This document shows positions 1-14,070 of a stretch of DNA of 64,000 bases, piece after piece. This stretch comes from Schmidtea polychroa (lineage: Eukaryota): NCBI GenBank assembly GCA_044892525.1, contig CM097887.1, positions 111,206,397 to 111,270,396 on the forward strand, in the 5' to 3' direction. The position numbers were made by a program, and so were the translations under genes. Within the stretch, counting starts at the first letter, position 1; the number at the start of each line of letters is the position of its first letter. The notes under the pieces were generated by a model. The model was not told the DNA's origin and ran no database searches. It was given only the letters and a program-made list of their open reading frames with translations.

Positions 1-2523
1 AATTGGCGACTGACTATTTGTCACTAGGTTTTTGAATCCAGATTCGTATTTGATACATTTTTCAAATTTCTAAATCTTTTTTCAATATTCAACACTGATT
101 GGTTTGCTAAAATCAATCAGTGTAATTATCAGCTCATGAAGTGTGGTATTGTTAGTTTATGTTGACCCGTTGGACGCCTTATCTCTTACGAAAAGTTATT
201 TTCAATTTCGACTCTATTATATATGTACAACATGCACTATAATAAATTTTTTAAATCTTTTTTATTTTACACAAGGTTTCATGACTCATCATAGACTTTT
301 CTAGGCGGTAACGGCACTCAAGCGAAAATTTTCGTTTAAATACAGAAAATAGTAATTATTTGTGTGGAATTCATATATTAGTTATAAACGTTTCAACAGG
401 TTAAACATTTTATAACTAGAAATTGTTTATTTCGACTGTAGTGTCTCTGACTTTCAAATTAATAAATATATTAAAATTAAAATACATTGTTTTAATATTC
501 TTATATATCCACTTTCTTTCAAACATCTACATCTTTTAATCAATAATAAATGTGATCAAGAAATGCTTCAACAATATACTGAATGGGCATTACGAATTAT
601 CAATCTCGTAAACCTGTTGCTGGTACTCCTTTTCGTCGCCAGATCACAGTCAATGGAAACGTTAAGCTCAAATAATCAATTACACTCGGATCATGTAGAC
701 TGCACCATCGCAATTGAATATTCGACCTCCACGAAATCAGGATAGTCGTATCTAATAAAATGCAATGTCATTCCGAAATTCGCAAATACCAGATATACTT
801 TGTACAAAGATGTGGAATTCAATAAATATATTGTACCAATTAGTTTTATGTAACCACATCGACTATAACGGTTCAAAACGGAATTCCGGTTTTTCTTTAG
901 CACCTATATTTTTAATTTTAAATCAAATTCTCTTTTAATAAAGGCTTTGTTAAAATATCAATAAAGAATAAAACATAGGATGTTTTGCATTTTCAAAAAA
1001 ATCAATATTGCATTATTAAAATTTGTATTGATTTTCGTTAAATGATAATTCGAATTATTATTTTATCAATTAAATATAATTATAAGAACTTTTTCTAATT
1101 TTACGACTGTTTTTTTTTCTATTGTATTTATTAAAATTGTAAGCAAAAATATTAATTTTTTACATAAAATAAATATTTCTTAATTGCTATTTGAAAATTT
1201 TGTTAGAAGTTATCCATGTGGTTGAATGATGAATAATTTTCCGGGATTTATTGTCAAAGTCCGTAGAAATGTGAGTGATGATTTTTAGCTATGAATTTAA
1301 TTGTTATACCAACACCTTTATATTTATTAATGAGAATTCTGTTGCTGTTTGTAAAACTTGTTTGTCTTTCACTTCTTTTGATTCTGAGTAATATTGAGTA
1401 AAATATTGAATGAGTGTATGTTTAATTAGGCAAGAATCTTTCATTTCAAATAAGATAGAACATATCCTTTCTAGAGTCGAGAGGATATCTGAAGAAAACG
1501 ATTGGGGTCATAAAATATAAGTACTATAGGATATTTTACTTGCATGGCCGCAAACTCGTCCACTAATTAACCTTGAGGTAAACCACCCAATTAAACTTTT
1601 ATTTTTACTTTAAAAATATTAGTATAGAATAAGACAGAATATTTTTGCGTTCCCAAGAAGGCTAATATGTCATTCTAATGAAATTGTATTGATTTAAGTT
1701 AAATGATTATTTTATCCATTAAATATAAATTATTAAAATTGTAATAATTAATAATTATTTTTAATAAATATATTATATTATTAATCAATATTTATAATTA
1801 ATAATAATTAAAATAAATATTTCATTATTATTTTAAAGTTTATTTGTTTTTATTAATTTTTTAAAATTATTTGCAATTATGATTATAAGTAATCTAAATA
1901 TCTGAAAGAAGAACAAATTTTCATAGTCCGTACCAATGCGAAATATGAATTTAATTGTTATACCAACACGTTCATTGTTTATCAATGGAAATTCTTTCAA
2001 ATTTGCTGTTTGTCTTCCCAAAACATGTCTGTAGTTGATCAGTCAAAGCAAACACAATAAAGTAAAATATTCAATAAAAAAAATTAAAAATGATAAAAAT
2101 ACGAAATAATTGCTGGTTTAATTTTGAATGGTTATTATTGTTATCGTTCAGATCGTGTACTACCAGTCGACCAGTTAAGTTGTTAATATTTATGAAATAT
2201 TTGATCGCGCAGTTGTTGACCAATCATTATTTATGTTTACGTAAGTAATTCATAAATAAAATTTAAAATTTTTCACTGGAAAATTTCTCGGCTAAATCTT
2301 ACAGTTGATTTGATGCAGACTGAAACTGATTTAAAACATGGAAGATTCAACAAAATCACAATATTTTGGACCTATAGTTCTAATATATTGTTGATGTGGC
2401 TAGGAGGAGTGCTTGGAGTGCAAAGTGTTAAATTTATTTAAATTTCGACTCATATCAGTTTAGGTGTTGAACTTAATTTTTTCCATGTGGCCTAATAACT
2501 GCAATTGACTTATAATGTGTATG

Positions 2524-2762
2524 TCGTAGGCAAATGGTAATTTTAGGAAAATAACATTTGGCTAGGCAAAATGCCAGCTTTAGCTATTATTTCATTTCCA
2601 TAATTTGTCCCCCTAGGGGTACAGGTCACAAGGGTACACGTACATTCAACACCACACACAATGTAGCAATGGAAATGAAATAATAGCTAAAGCTATTTGA
2701 CCAGGCAAATGGCATTTGCCTAGCCAAATGTTATTTTCCTAAAATTACCATTTGCCTACGAT
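2524..2762. mobile_element. Foldback/MITE-like element with long inverted arms
   Basis: gtcgtaggcaaatggtaattttaggaaaataacatttggctaggcaaa... at 2524 is the reverse complement of ...tttgcctagccaaatgttattttcctaaaattaccatttgcctacga ending ~2761; no coding capacity. Confidence 0.7.
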
Positions 2763-4915
2763 ATGTATATTCTTCTAATTGCGTGCGTTTATACCGCAAT
2801 GTGTTTGTGACGTTTAGAGTCTAAATTCTTTTCAATTATTAAAATATCTTTGTTGCTCGGTCAGTTCTTGTTTTATACTAAATTGATATTCATTTATTTT
2901 TATACTAGATCAATATTTTGTGTAATAGTCTGAAAAATAAATGAAAATAACGGAAATTGAAATAGATTATGCAAATTTACTGCATTTCTTATCAAATAAT
3001 TCTGATCGAATATAATTGTAACATATCTGTTTTTTTTATTTTTTAACTTCCAAAGAAATGTTATTGATTTATTTATTAAGTATTTATTTTACTTTCGTCA
3101 TTTATAATGGGTTACAGTGCTAATATTTCCCCTTATAACGCTTTTAAGCAACCCAAACATAAATGTATCTCATTGTGGTGGAAATTCAACAAACTGGATA
3201 TGTTTTTAATTTTGTAATTCTGCGCCTATCAATAATTATTTGTCAATGTAGATAAATCATCAATAGATATGTGCACTAGCACGTAACGGTACAATTAATG
3301 ATTTACCTATTCATTAGGTTGTGTTCATTTTCAATAATAATTAGGTATATTTCATTTGGTGGTGATGTTGTAGGTGGTCTATTTAAGTTTTAAATTAGTT
3401 CCGTGTTTGCGGAATTGATTTAGATAGATATGAATCAATTATCATGGCAGGACACTTTGATTATCGGCAATTTTCACTTTTCTTTCATTGGCATTATTGA
3501 TTACTTGGTTTAAAAATGGTGCGTGTCATAAGCTATTTCATACGTTATTTCAGGTATAATATTTGCATTATTTTCAATTAATACAAAAGTGCTACATGAT
3601 CTTACTTTATTCTATATATTATTTAAATTTTAAAATATGCTACTACTGAGAACTGTCATTTTATTTTCTAGTAGAATTTCTTCGGTCAAGCAAAATTTCT
3701 GAACTTTGAAGTATGTAGTCAGTGTAAGGATACTCAAAATTTAATTTTCAAAAGTTTTTCTATTGTAAACTCTGATTTTTTGATAGAGAAAGAAGAATTA
3801 ATTTAAGTGATTTCATTTTTAAACGATGGATTCCTAAGTAGAAAAATCAATTCACAAAATAGTAATTAAATTATTTAAAAAAAGAAAAATGAAAATATTT
3901 GACTATATAAATAGTCTTGTTCAAAATTTGTTCAAAATTCCTAAGAAAATAGTTTGAATGTGAATGTGAAAATTTTGATCTTTTTAATTTGAAGGATCTT
4001 GATTTGATTTCAAAATTAAAGCTTCGAATTAAATTGTTAAGTAATTTTCTATTATTTTTGCAAATTTTCCCTGGGGTTTTTAAGATGTTTGTTAAAATTT
4101 CTACAATCATTGTGAAACAGATTATTTAATTTAATAAAATTTCTAAACATAGAACCACAATCCAAAGTCAATTATTTCGCCAAAATTCTCAATTCTCAAT
4201 AAAAATAACTTCAAATTTCAAGAGTCTCACAAAATTGACCTTCAGACTATGGATTTATGGTTTGATTGTTTATACTCTGCTTGTTCTGATAAAACATTTC
4301 GTTTCAATATTGCCAACCGAAAATCAAATCAGGGATTTTACTTGCCTTTTCTTTTAATCAATTTAAATTAAAAGAAAGGTTATACAGGCTTAGAATAATT
4401 TTTAGTTTATCTCATTAATGTAGTAAACTAATATTACATTTCGTAAATTAAATTTTTGTAGGTATAGTCAGATTTAATGCCATTTTTTCATTTATCTCTT
4501 CTCTTCCAATTAACAATATTTTGTGTATTTTTACAATCTTTCGATAAGGCCAATAAGTTTATCAAATCATGATAAAAATTTCCATGATTGTCTAACTGAA
4601 TACTGATTTTTAATGTTTTTCAAAACTAACGGTTGATCGAGGAATTTTATTTTTGTCTAACTATGGTTTTTTGTTGATAGTTATCGTATTTTATCAATTT
4701 TTCAACAATGTCTTGAAAATTGAATCCGATTGGTGGCAAAGAAGTATTTTTTGTTTCAGTTATATCTCTTGGAAATAGTTATGGATAAGATTTGTAACCT
4801 TAACCATCTTGATCTTGAAGGCATTCATTTTCAAACTTAAACTTCTTGAATAAAGGTTTAATTATTCTTATAAGAACTTTTTTTTTCTTCTAATTTCACC
4901 ACTGATTATTTTTTC

Positions 4916-5130
4916 CATTGAATTTATTAAAAAGAGAGTTTGAAGACTATAAATCAGTAATATATCGATGTTTGTTGATACTCACGAATTTTCGGCACTG
5001 CCTTTTTCAATTGAATTCGAAAACTAAATTCACTTGAAAAAGGCAATGCCGAAAATTCGTGAGTATCAACAAACATCGATATATTACTGATTAATAGCCT
5101 TCAAACTCTCTTTTTAATAAATTCAATGAA
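4916..5130. repeat. ~215-bp near-perfect palindrome (MITE-like); one arm recurs at ~14084-14215
   Basis: Arms of ~95 bp (cattgaatttattaaaagagagtttgaag...ggcactgcctttttcaa / ttgaaaaaggcaatgcc...aataaattcaatg) around a short spacer; a second copy of the arm lies after the hAT relic. Confidence 0.75.
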
Positions 5131-5492
5131 TTATTCTTACAATTATGAAATTTTGTCCATAAACAAAAATTTGTGGTCGCTCTTTCACATTATAATCAAT
5201 AGCATTAGATGTAGGAAACGAGCTTTCCTTTCATCCACAATAAAAATTTTCTCTTATAAATCGTAGGATTTTGAATTGTTAGTAGAACATGAATGGATCC
5301 AAAGCTCTGTACAGGAAGCCAGTCTAGGGTTTTAAGTTCCGGTATTTCAATTCAGTTTAATTTATATATGTATAAAGAATCATCTTTTTGAATATTTTTC
5401 TTGACAGAAAATGGCAAAAAACTTCCCTGTTACATTTTTAAGAACATTAATGTATTTATTATTTGTTATTTCCGTAATTTAAATAATTTTAG

Positions 5493-8468
5493 CCGAAATG
5501 GAGCCGCCGTATTTCCGCAGGCTTAATCCCATGGCTGCTATGTATCAGATTGCCAGTAATGATTCTCCGAAACTTACAGACCCTCAAAACTGGAGTGTAC
5601 ATTTTAATTCCTTTCTCACCTCATTGCTTCAAAAGTCACCTGATCAAAGGCCATCGGCGTTTGATGCTTTGCAAATGCCGTTCAGTAGAAACAACAGCAG
5701 TCGGGATGTTTTGCATCAAATGATTGCCAGAACTAAGAACGCGGTAGCTGCTCAGGAAACCCAGATGAGTCACAAATTACGAAAAATGCTTTACCATTGT
5801 GGAAATGGGACCCATCATTGTAGTAGTCACCAAGAAGCTAACTCCAGCTCAACACGTACAAGCGCTACAGCTGAAGATTCATCAGATATCAGTAGTTATT
5901 GCGCTACAGATGATACAGCGTCTCTTAGTGATACGTGTGAACGAAGAGGAAGTTGTAATAGTTGTGCGAGTCACAGTTCTTCTCTTAGTGATGGAATTTC
6001 TCATGAGATTCTTCCGATTCTTCATGCATCAGCAATGATAAGTAGTAGTAGTGAAACTGGATTTCCTGGCCGGCATTTTGCGAATGCTCCTTCGAGTAGC
6101 GGGCAAAGTAGTGTTTCTAGTACCAGCAATGGAGCTCTTCATAGAACCAGTAGTGATAACTATGCTGGTAGTCCGAGTTCTCATCTGAACAATTCTCATC
6201 CTTCTAGCCAGTTTGCAGCCGGTGATATGAATGCGACAAACAAATCAATTTTAGTGAGAACTAATCGCAGTCAGAACAAATCCACCGGTGATGTCAGCGA
6301 ATCAAAAACCTCAATGATTAGTCCAACGCGCATTATGCCGGGTCAAATATCTCAGCAGCCGTTAATTGAGAATATGGTCAGTCATATCGATATCTCTGAT
6401 CCTTCTATTCTCTATCCTCCCCCTGGGGCTGGTACTTCCAATTTTGCTACTCTTAAAACCAGTAGAATGATGAAAGGTTCTCATGCTTTCTCCGCGGCGT
6501 TTCAAGAACGTTTGGGACCACAAAAACAAGCTGATTGGCGTGAACAAATGAATGGATTGAAAAGATTAAGATCTCAGCATAAGAAACAACTGAAACAACT
6601 AGAAGAAAGAAATACCGTTGAAGAAGAGAATTTAAAACAAGCACTTAATAGAGATTTCGATAACACTCGTCAGAATCATAACAAAGAGCTAGAGAAACTC
6701 GAAGCAGTTCACCAAGTTGATCTGGAAAAACGAAAGAAAGAATTAACGAATTTAGAAACACAAACTTTACGAAAATGGGAAGCCGACACAAAAGGTGAAA
6801 TTAAATCCGCCAAGAAGAATGCGAAATCGGAAAGCGGGTCGAATAATATTCAAGAGTTAATCGACCGTCGACAGACAACAACAAGTGTTGAATTGAGAAA
6901 GTTGAAACGAGAATCTCTATTGAGAATTCAGAATTTAGAGGTGAATTTCGATATTTGGAAATATATTTTCATAATTCGTGTTCTTTTCTCCAGAAACAAC
7001 AAACGGAAGAGAGAATCAAATTGCAGGAGAAACAATTAGAGCGTGAGAATGCGCTTATGCTTAGTCAACATGAAAAACTACAGGCGCTCGAATATAAACA
7101 GAAAGAGAATCTTCATCGATTGAAGATGGATCAAATCAAGAAACAGCATGATCTCGAAATGGAGAATCAGTTACAATATGCCGCTCAGGAAGAAGCTCAA
7201 ATCAAAAAGCGACACTCGCATGAAGTGAAAAATTTACCAAAATATTTAAAGGTTATTATGTATTTTATGTTGTATTGTTTGTTTTCCTTTAGGTTCCTTT
7301 TCTTTTAGACAATGGGTAAATGAATCTGTTTTCGACACAAACTTCTGGATGGGTAAATGTGAGTCACATACGAAAATTATATGGACACTGGTTACCATGA
7401 AACCTTTTACATAAACCACTAGTTGTTATGGATATTGCTTAATGTGTTACCACGACAACCCCATATTAGAGCATTATTAGATTTTCAATTATTTTACTTT
7501 TTTAAATTTTAATACCGTTCACTTCATATCAAAAATCATCTAACATTTAATTATATTTTCAATCCCTTTCGCCTAGAATCCTAGAGTTTAATAGTCTTTG
7601 TAAATAGAGTGTTCACGAATAATGAATTTTCCCCCATAGTCAATGCATTAATTTTGATCTATTTCAGTTAAAAGAACAGGAGATTCGAAAACAATATCGA
7701 GATGCGGCAAGCATTCAAAAGAAACAGTTCAAAATATTACGTGAGGAACGATTGAGAGCAATGCGTAATTCTGCCGACATCAATATCAACAATCATGCAA
7801 TAAACGAGAAACAGTTATTGGAGAATCTACGAGAAGAAGAGCGACGTAAACAAGCCGATTTGGAGAGCCAGTATGAGAACAGTATTGATGCATTAAAACG
7901 TCAACAAAATGTTTATTGATTTTAATTGCTTTCTGATTTATTCATGATTGAATAGGATAAAATTGATTCAACGCAATTTCAGGAGCTAACGAAATGTCAT
8001 GATGACTTGGAAAAGGAAAAGAATATGCTCAGTGAATTCCAGAGACTACAACAAGAACACATGCAACAGTCCCATACTGAGGACTACAATGCTTTAAAGG
8101 ATAGAATTGCAAAGCGGAAGGCGTTGTTGGAAACCACTGTAAACTTTCTATTTCTCCCAGATTTTTCAGTCGATTAACAATTAATTTTATGATTGTAGAT
8201 TCAACAGAAAAACGAAGAGTTCCAGAACCGTCGACGTATCAATCTTACGACTTTATTCGATCGCCAAGCTTCAGAACTGAAAAGCTTTGACAATCATACG
8301 CAACGGTTGGGCATTGACAATTACAAAGTGGTTTCAGCTACCAGTAGACAGGCTTCTTCCAGTGTGAGATCTCAAATGCCTGGTGCTGGTGGGGGTCATG
8401 GCAACGGTGCCGGAGGTAGAGCAATGCCTGACTGGAGACACAGTAGAGCTGATTTCATGCCGTCATAA
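5493..8468 (+). CDS. TAOK: TAO kinase (STE20 family), 3' part: end of kinase domain, Ser-rich linker and C-terminal coiled coils. Exons 5493-6940, 6994-7251, 7668-7910, 7956-8138, 8199-8468
   Basis: AEMEPPYFRRLNPMAAMYQIASNDSPKL resembles TAOK [25 protein letters not shown]. Also NFATLKT, QMNGLKRLRSQHKKQL, LPKYLK|LKEQEIRKQY, RIAKRKALLE and LFDRQASELKSFD align to TAOK coiled coils. Four GT-AG introns (53, 416, 45, 60 nt) are all phase 0 and frame-preserving. The 5' kinase exons were not found in the window. Confidence 0.9.
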
Positions 8469-8471
8469 TGA

Positions 8472-8473
<2 letters not shown>

Positions 8474-8524
<51 letters not shown>
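8474..8524. repeat. (TA)n microsatellite in the TAOK 3' UTR
   Basis: About 25 TA units directly after the stop codon. Confidence 0.95.
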
Positions 8525-8529
<5 letters not shown>

Positions 8530-11500
8530 TATTATTATTAATAATGTTTTCATAGCGATTAATGTCGTTTGACGTAGCACTTTCTCCTTTTTCTGGTCGT
8601 GATCCATTGTGATTATCGATTGCTCTTTATCAATCTAACTAACTCTCTCGTCAACGCGTTCGCACCAAATTGATGTCGTGACGTGAATTAGACATGTATG
8701 CTATCATCGAGAGCTTGCAACTCGTCACTGTGTCTCTGTACGTCTGGTACCCAGTGCACTCCACTCCCTCACAACAGTGTCTAGTTATCTTGTAGTTATG
8801 TATACATAGTTTTTATTATTATCATTTAATATTATTATTATTATTATTACTATTATTTATGCTCGTGTGATGATTAAAATAAGTCGATGTGAATAGCGAA
8901 TGGCTGGTTGTTTCGTCATCATCCTCGTATTTTAGGGTTGCGATGATAATTTATCAAGGTTCGGTAGTAACATATGTTGGCACGGAAAGAAGTTATGAGC
9001 CTTTCCAACGTTGGAGTCATTATTTTTCATAAAATTGTCGATGCCTATTGTCAAAGTTTTCAGTCGAGCGTTAATCAGTAAATCAATATTCGTTCTCTAT
9101 ATTTTAATAAATGGCGGTTAATTTGCCATTAAACGTTTTTTTGGAACCGCCTTGTTTTGTAAATGTGTAAAAAATATCGACAAATAGAAGTTTTCGCAAC
9201 TATTTTGTTTTTTAATTTGTTTTTAATAGCTGCTGCAATGCGTTTGTTTTAATAGTGTGATATTTTTACATGTGGTAAAAATATTTCGTGTGGGGCGAGT
9301 AAGAACAGAATCATTTTACACCGGCTTCGGTAAGAATTTGCACTATAATTCTGTTTGAAATGGTAATTAGTTACCAAATCAGATTATTTAGAAATAGGCC
9401 AATGAATTCAATGCTTAATTATATTCGCAATAATTTATTTTTAAAATATTTAAATTTAATTGTCACGTGTTAATATATTATCCTGTTCTGACATTCTCGA
9501 GGGTTTTTTTCGGTTTCTTTATCGCATGTACTGCCATTGGTTTGTTCATGTGTCACTACTCATTTGTATTCAGTATTAATTATCATTTATTAGAATTATT
9601 TTCTCTTCTTTCAGTGTACATCGACACTTGTATATTTATTAAAATCAAAAGAATCATTATTATAAACTGACAAAAAATCAAATTATCAGCGGTTAGAAAA
9701 GCGGTAATTGTATTCATCTGAAAATTATAAAATACCCATGATTCGATATATTTGCATTACAATGAATAATGAGGGTTCAGGATTTTCAGTCAACATATAT
9801 ATTAGCTTTTGGAACTTATAAAACTCAAATCTAGAACAGGATATATTATTTTTAATTGATTAGTATATTGTTTGGTTCATTTGTTTTTGTGCTAAATGGA
9901 ATTTAACTTTTTCTTTAATCAAAAATGATGGGGAAACTTTTTCTCTTTTGAAAACTTATTTGCCCATCTTTTTCATTCTATTAACGTCTCTCTAGCAACC
10001 ACGCATAATTATTCTATTTGACCGCTAAACGACTTTGGTACTGCGTTTTAGCGGGTGGCTGTTTGCAAAAGGTGAGACCTATCACAAGGACTGCTAATGC
10101 CCTGACAAGCCTATTGATTCATTGGCTACTGTAGGTGTCGTGCCCCATTTTCTCTTGTCCTTTCACCAATATCTCAATGATAGCTCAGTTATAATATTTG
10201 GGTATCACTCAGTCTATAAATTTTCATTCCGTCGAAGCCAATTCATCACCACATTTGTCTTAGTAAATTTTATTATCCTATCCCCTTTCCCTATACTCAG
10301 AATAATGACATTTTGAAGTTCTTTTTGATATCCACAAACACAACAAACAAATTCAAAAGAAGTGAAAACACTTATTTGGCATCCCGAGACTATGGTATAT
10401 TGCAGCTGGTTAAATTACACCGCTATTTATTCAGTTAAAAATTTTGGAATTTAATTTTATTAGTTCTATCAGGTACAACTTTCCTAAGATTACACATCCT
10501 CATTGGTATTCACCGAAAGATAGGTACATTATTTTATTTGACTTTATCTTGGTTAATTATTGATTTTAATATGATCTCTTAGTGAAACGGATCTTCCAAA
10601 TTTAATTAATTAATTAATTATTTAATTATTTTTTAATTATTTATTTGTATTATTTTCCTCTCGTATTTTATTATATTATTTTATTTATTTCTAGTATTTG
10701 CTTGCTCTTTTTCTTTTACAAATTCAATTTTCGCCTTTACTTAGCTGTTATTTTATGATTTAAATAAACAATTTATTTGTTTTTCTTAGTGTTTGCCAAC
10801 AAAAAGAATAGCCAGTAGAAAAGTAAGTTAACGGTATATTTCTGTCATTCTATACAAATCGTCAAGATTGAAGAGAACATCATCGTTCATATCGATGGCG
10901 AAATAAATTTCGCCTAAGTCGAACCCTGGCTTAATGGAACTTCGATGGCCTGCAGCTGGCTGATGGCAGCTAAGAAAAGGCGAAAATTGAAATTGTAAAA
11001 GAAAAAGAGCAAGCAAATACTAGAAATAAATAAAATAATATAATAAAATACGAGAGGAAAATAATACAAATATAAATTAAATTTATAAAAAAAATGCAAA
11101 TAAAACGAAAATTAAAGCTTAAAACAGGAAAACTAAAAGAAAGCAAATACCAATTAAAATAAAACAAAAATCATTAAGAAAAATTGAAAATACAAAATCT
11201 CAAATATAAAAGAGTCAAAAGAAACAAATAAAAGTTGAAAAAATGAAATTGAAAAGAAGTCAAAGAGCCCAACATTTCAAAGGAAAAACCCGAAAAAATA
11301 GGAAAAATAAAAATTCGAAAGATGACGGGAAATGTTGTATAATTTATTAAATAAATTGTATGGAATTATTTAGTGATTTACAAACATATATTAATGTTCT
11401 AACGGATGGGAATCCTAATAATAATAATAATAATAATAATTTGACAAGGACTATCTTATAGTCGAAAAATTTTTTCATTAAATACATTATTTGCAGCAAA

Positions 11501-11705
11501 TGGCTTAAATTATCATTTTATTGTTTTAAATAATAAATGCTGCTACCAAGAAATCATCATTTTAATAATAATAATAATAATGTCAATTCGTTGTGATGAC
11601 AAAAATGATTGCTATTGATAAATGAATTCATCAGTTATTTGCCATAACCACTGTTCGGGTAGAACTAAGCCTATTGGCCATATTGAATAGATCGCAAAGG
11701 ATGTA

Positions 11706-11894
11706 CAGTAAAATCTTTTTTATACGGTCTTCTTTTACACGATTTCATGTAAAATCATGTAAATAATTAAAAAAAAAATTTGGAATTCGTGTGAAATCAA
11801 AAATAACGTGTAAAAAAATTTAAAATTTCTTCTTGACGAACCTTGTTATTTCAAAATCGTGTAAAAATAGACCGAGTAAAAACTGATTTCACTG
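11706..11894. mobile_element. Tc1/pogo-type MITE
   Basis: TA|CAGTAAAATC...GATTTCACTG|TA imperfect TIRs with TA target duplication; 189 bp, non-coding. Confidence 0.65.
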
Positions 11895-11959
11895 TAATGC
11901 AAAAGTTATAATTGGTGAATGTTCAGAATGCCAATCTATCGATCTGGTGCCTGTATAAT

Positions 11960-12600
11960 GGGAGCATGAAGAGTTAAGCGTTAAGGAGACGTTCAAGAGA
12001 CTGGCTACGGATGTTACTCACTATTTAAGTAAGTTTTATTTGACTATGATTGACTGTGGACCGGGTTGCTTCGCTCTGTGGAGAGATATAAGATGTGAAG
12101 ATGCGGATACCATTACACGGAATCTTGAACAGATCTTCAGAGAACGAGATTCCCCTGATAAGCTGGTGTTTGATAATGCGACGTCATTTCGGTCGACACA
12201 AATGAAAGTACTGTGACGCAAATGGGGTGTGAAATTCGTGTTTCGATGTGCTTATAGACCATTGGGAAACGGTATAATAAAACGGAAACACCGTACCATT
12301 AAATGGTATATTGGTACAACCTAGCACCTAATGACAAACGCGGAACGCCATCATCCTCATTCGTGTTTTGATGTTGATGGAAAGGAGTTGGCAATCGTAA
12401 TACAGAAGTGAAAACACAGTACACTTCGCTCCAATTTGGCGATACAGTGTACGTTAAACCACCAAATGCGAAATGCACATCGGCATGGTGTGAGGGGATT
12501 GTAATGAAGGTAAATTCATCGACCAACTTCGACATCAACGGAATTCCGCGCCATCATTCCGACATATGACCGGCTGTCAACGAAGTGTCAGTGGAGAACA
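11960..12600 (+). pseudogene. Degenerate Gypsy integrase fragment
   Basis: Joining frames gives YLTMIDCGPGCFALWR...KLVFDNATSFRS...WGVKFVFRCAYRPLGNGIIKRKHRTIK...FGDTVYVKPPNAKCTSAW; contains stops and frameshifts. Confidence 0.75.
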
Positions 12601-13045
12601 ACGATGATCAAGGATTAACAGACGTAGACAATCCTACAATCCTCTTTATTTAATATTTAATATTAAACTGATTTCAACAAATCTTTAAAACTGATTTTAT
12701 AAAAATAAATAAAATCAAATACATACAAACATGTTTAAAAAAATTTCAGAAATATTTTAATTTAAAAGTATTTGCTTTGAATTTTAACTAGAAAAAGATT
12801 TTTCTTGTAAAAATTTTTTTGTTAAACTTAAAGTTAAAATTTTTCAAAGTAAGGTAAATTGTTCAAAGTATGACAATTTCCCTTTCATGTAGTACGTAGG
12901 ACAAATATCCAAATTGTAGGACGTGTGGCAACTCTAGGTATAACGCTTAGAGGTTATCAAACTTATACCAAAAATATTGTCATACAAGAGTTATTGAATT
13001 AAAATAAATATGAATTAAACCATATTATGTAAGGTAGATTTAGAC

Positions 13046-14070
13046 AGAGGCGTAGTGAAAGGGCAGGGGATCAACCACTCCATGCTACACTAGGCCGAAA
13101 GGCGGCATTTACGGTTTTAAAAAATAAAACCGTCAACTGTGACTAATACTACCGAATATTACTATACTGTAACTGAACCGACTCCTTGCGTACCTAGTCT
13201 AAGAAGTCTAATACTCTTACATTATAAACTTCGTTCACTTTTTATTTACCGAGAAACCGGAAACAATATAATATCTTATTCTTTTTTTTTCATATTTGCA
13301 TTTCTGGAGCCACTTGCTAAAAGAAATAAATGAAACTCAAAAAAATCTTCAAACAAAGGGTCTTGGTTTAGATAAATGTGCAACCGACATTGCATTTCTT
13401 CTTAAATTTTTTGTTGAAGAAAGGGAAAATTTAGTTAAAAATGCCCAAGCTAATGCAACAGATAATGCGCTTTACAACTGAAAGACGTATACGGAGAAAG
13501 AAAAGAATGACGGAAGAGGAAGCACATGATGCTGGTCTTTCTTTGCAAGAAGAAATAAACCGAGAACAAAAACAAATCTTTGGTCGATTGTATGCCGAAA
13601 TTGAACAAAGATTTCGACAAATTAAGGGAATGAATACTAAATTTTGATTTCTAACACAAGTGGAATATCTTAGAAATACAGCAAATGACTCGGGTGTTGA
13701 TGAAGCAATTGATACACTGTGTGAGGTATATGATGAAATTATTTCACAAGATCTTAAAAATGAGGTTCAATGTCTTTGTAGAAGTCTGGGCATTTATGAA
13801 GAGATAACATCAAAGGAAGTGAACAACTGGGGAGCTATCAAACTTCTTCATTGGATTGTCAAATGGGGAAAAAAATTTTTAACAATATGCATAAGCATTG
13901 CTAGCTGTGAAAGAAGTTTTTCTAAACGTAAACTAATCAAAACCTATCTAAGATCTAAAATGAGTGAATCACGACTTTCCAATTTAGCAATTTTTTCAAT
14001 TGAACGGCAGTTGTCCAAAAAGATGAACTTCGACATAGCTATTACAGATTTTGCAGCTTACATTAAATAA
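13046..14070 (+). pseudogene. hAT transposase relic (C-terminal dimerisation domain)
   Basis: CISIASCERSFSKRKLIKTYLRSKMSESRLSNLAIFSIER is the hAT dimerisation motif; upstream pieces (13296-13647) are frameshifted; CAGAGGCGTAG-like end at 13046. Confidence 0.8.

Noticed and set aside
548-4340. Scattered coding-looking patches (563-830, 2340-2430, 4215-4340, 5266-5335)
   Set aside because: No consistent frame or recognisable family; could not be linked to TAOK.
9860-11280. Possible fourth degenerate LTR (CCAACA ends, weak match to the conserved 28-mer at ~10070) with a ~125-bp inverted duplication (10620-10747 / 10965-11090)
   Set aside because: No TSD or matching second terminus; similarity too weak to call.
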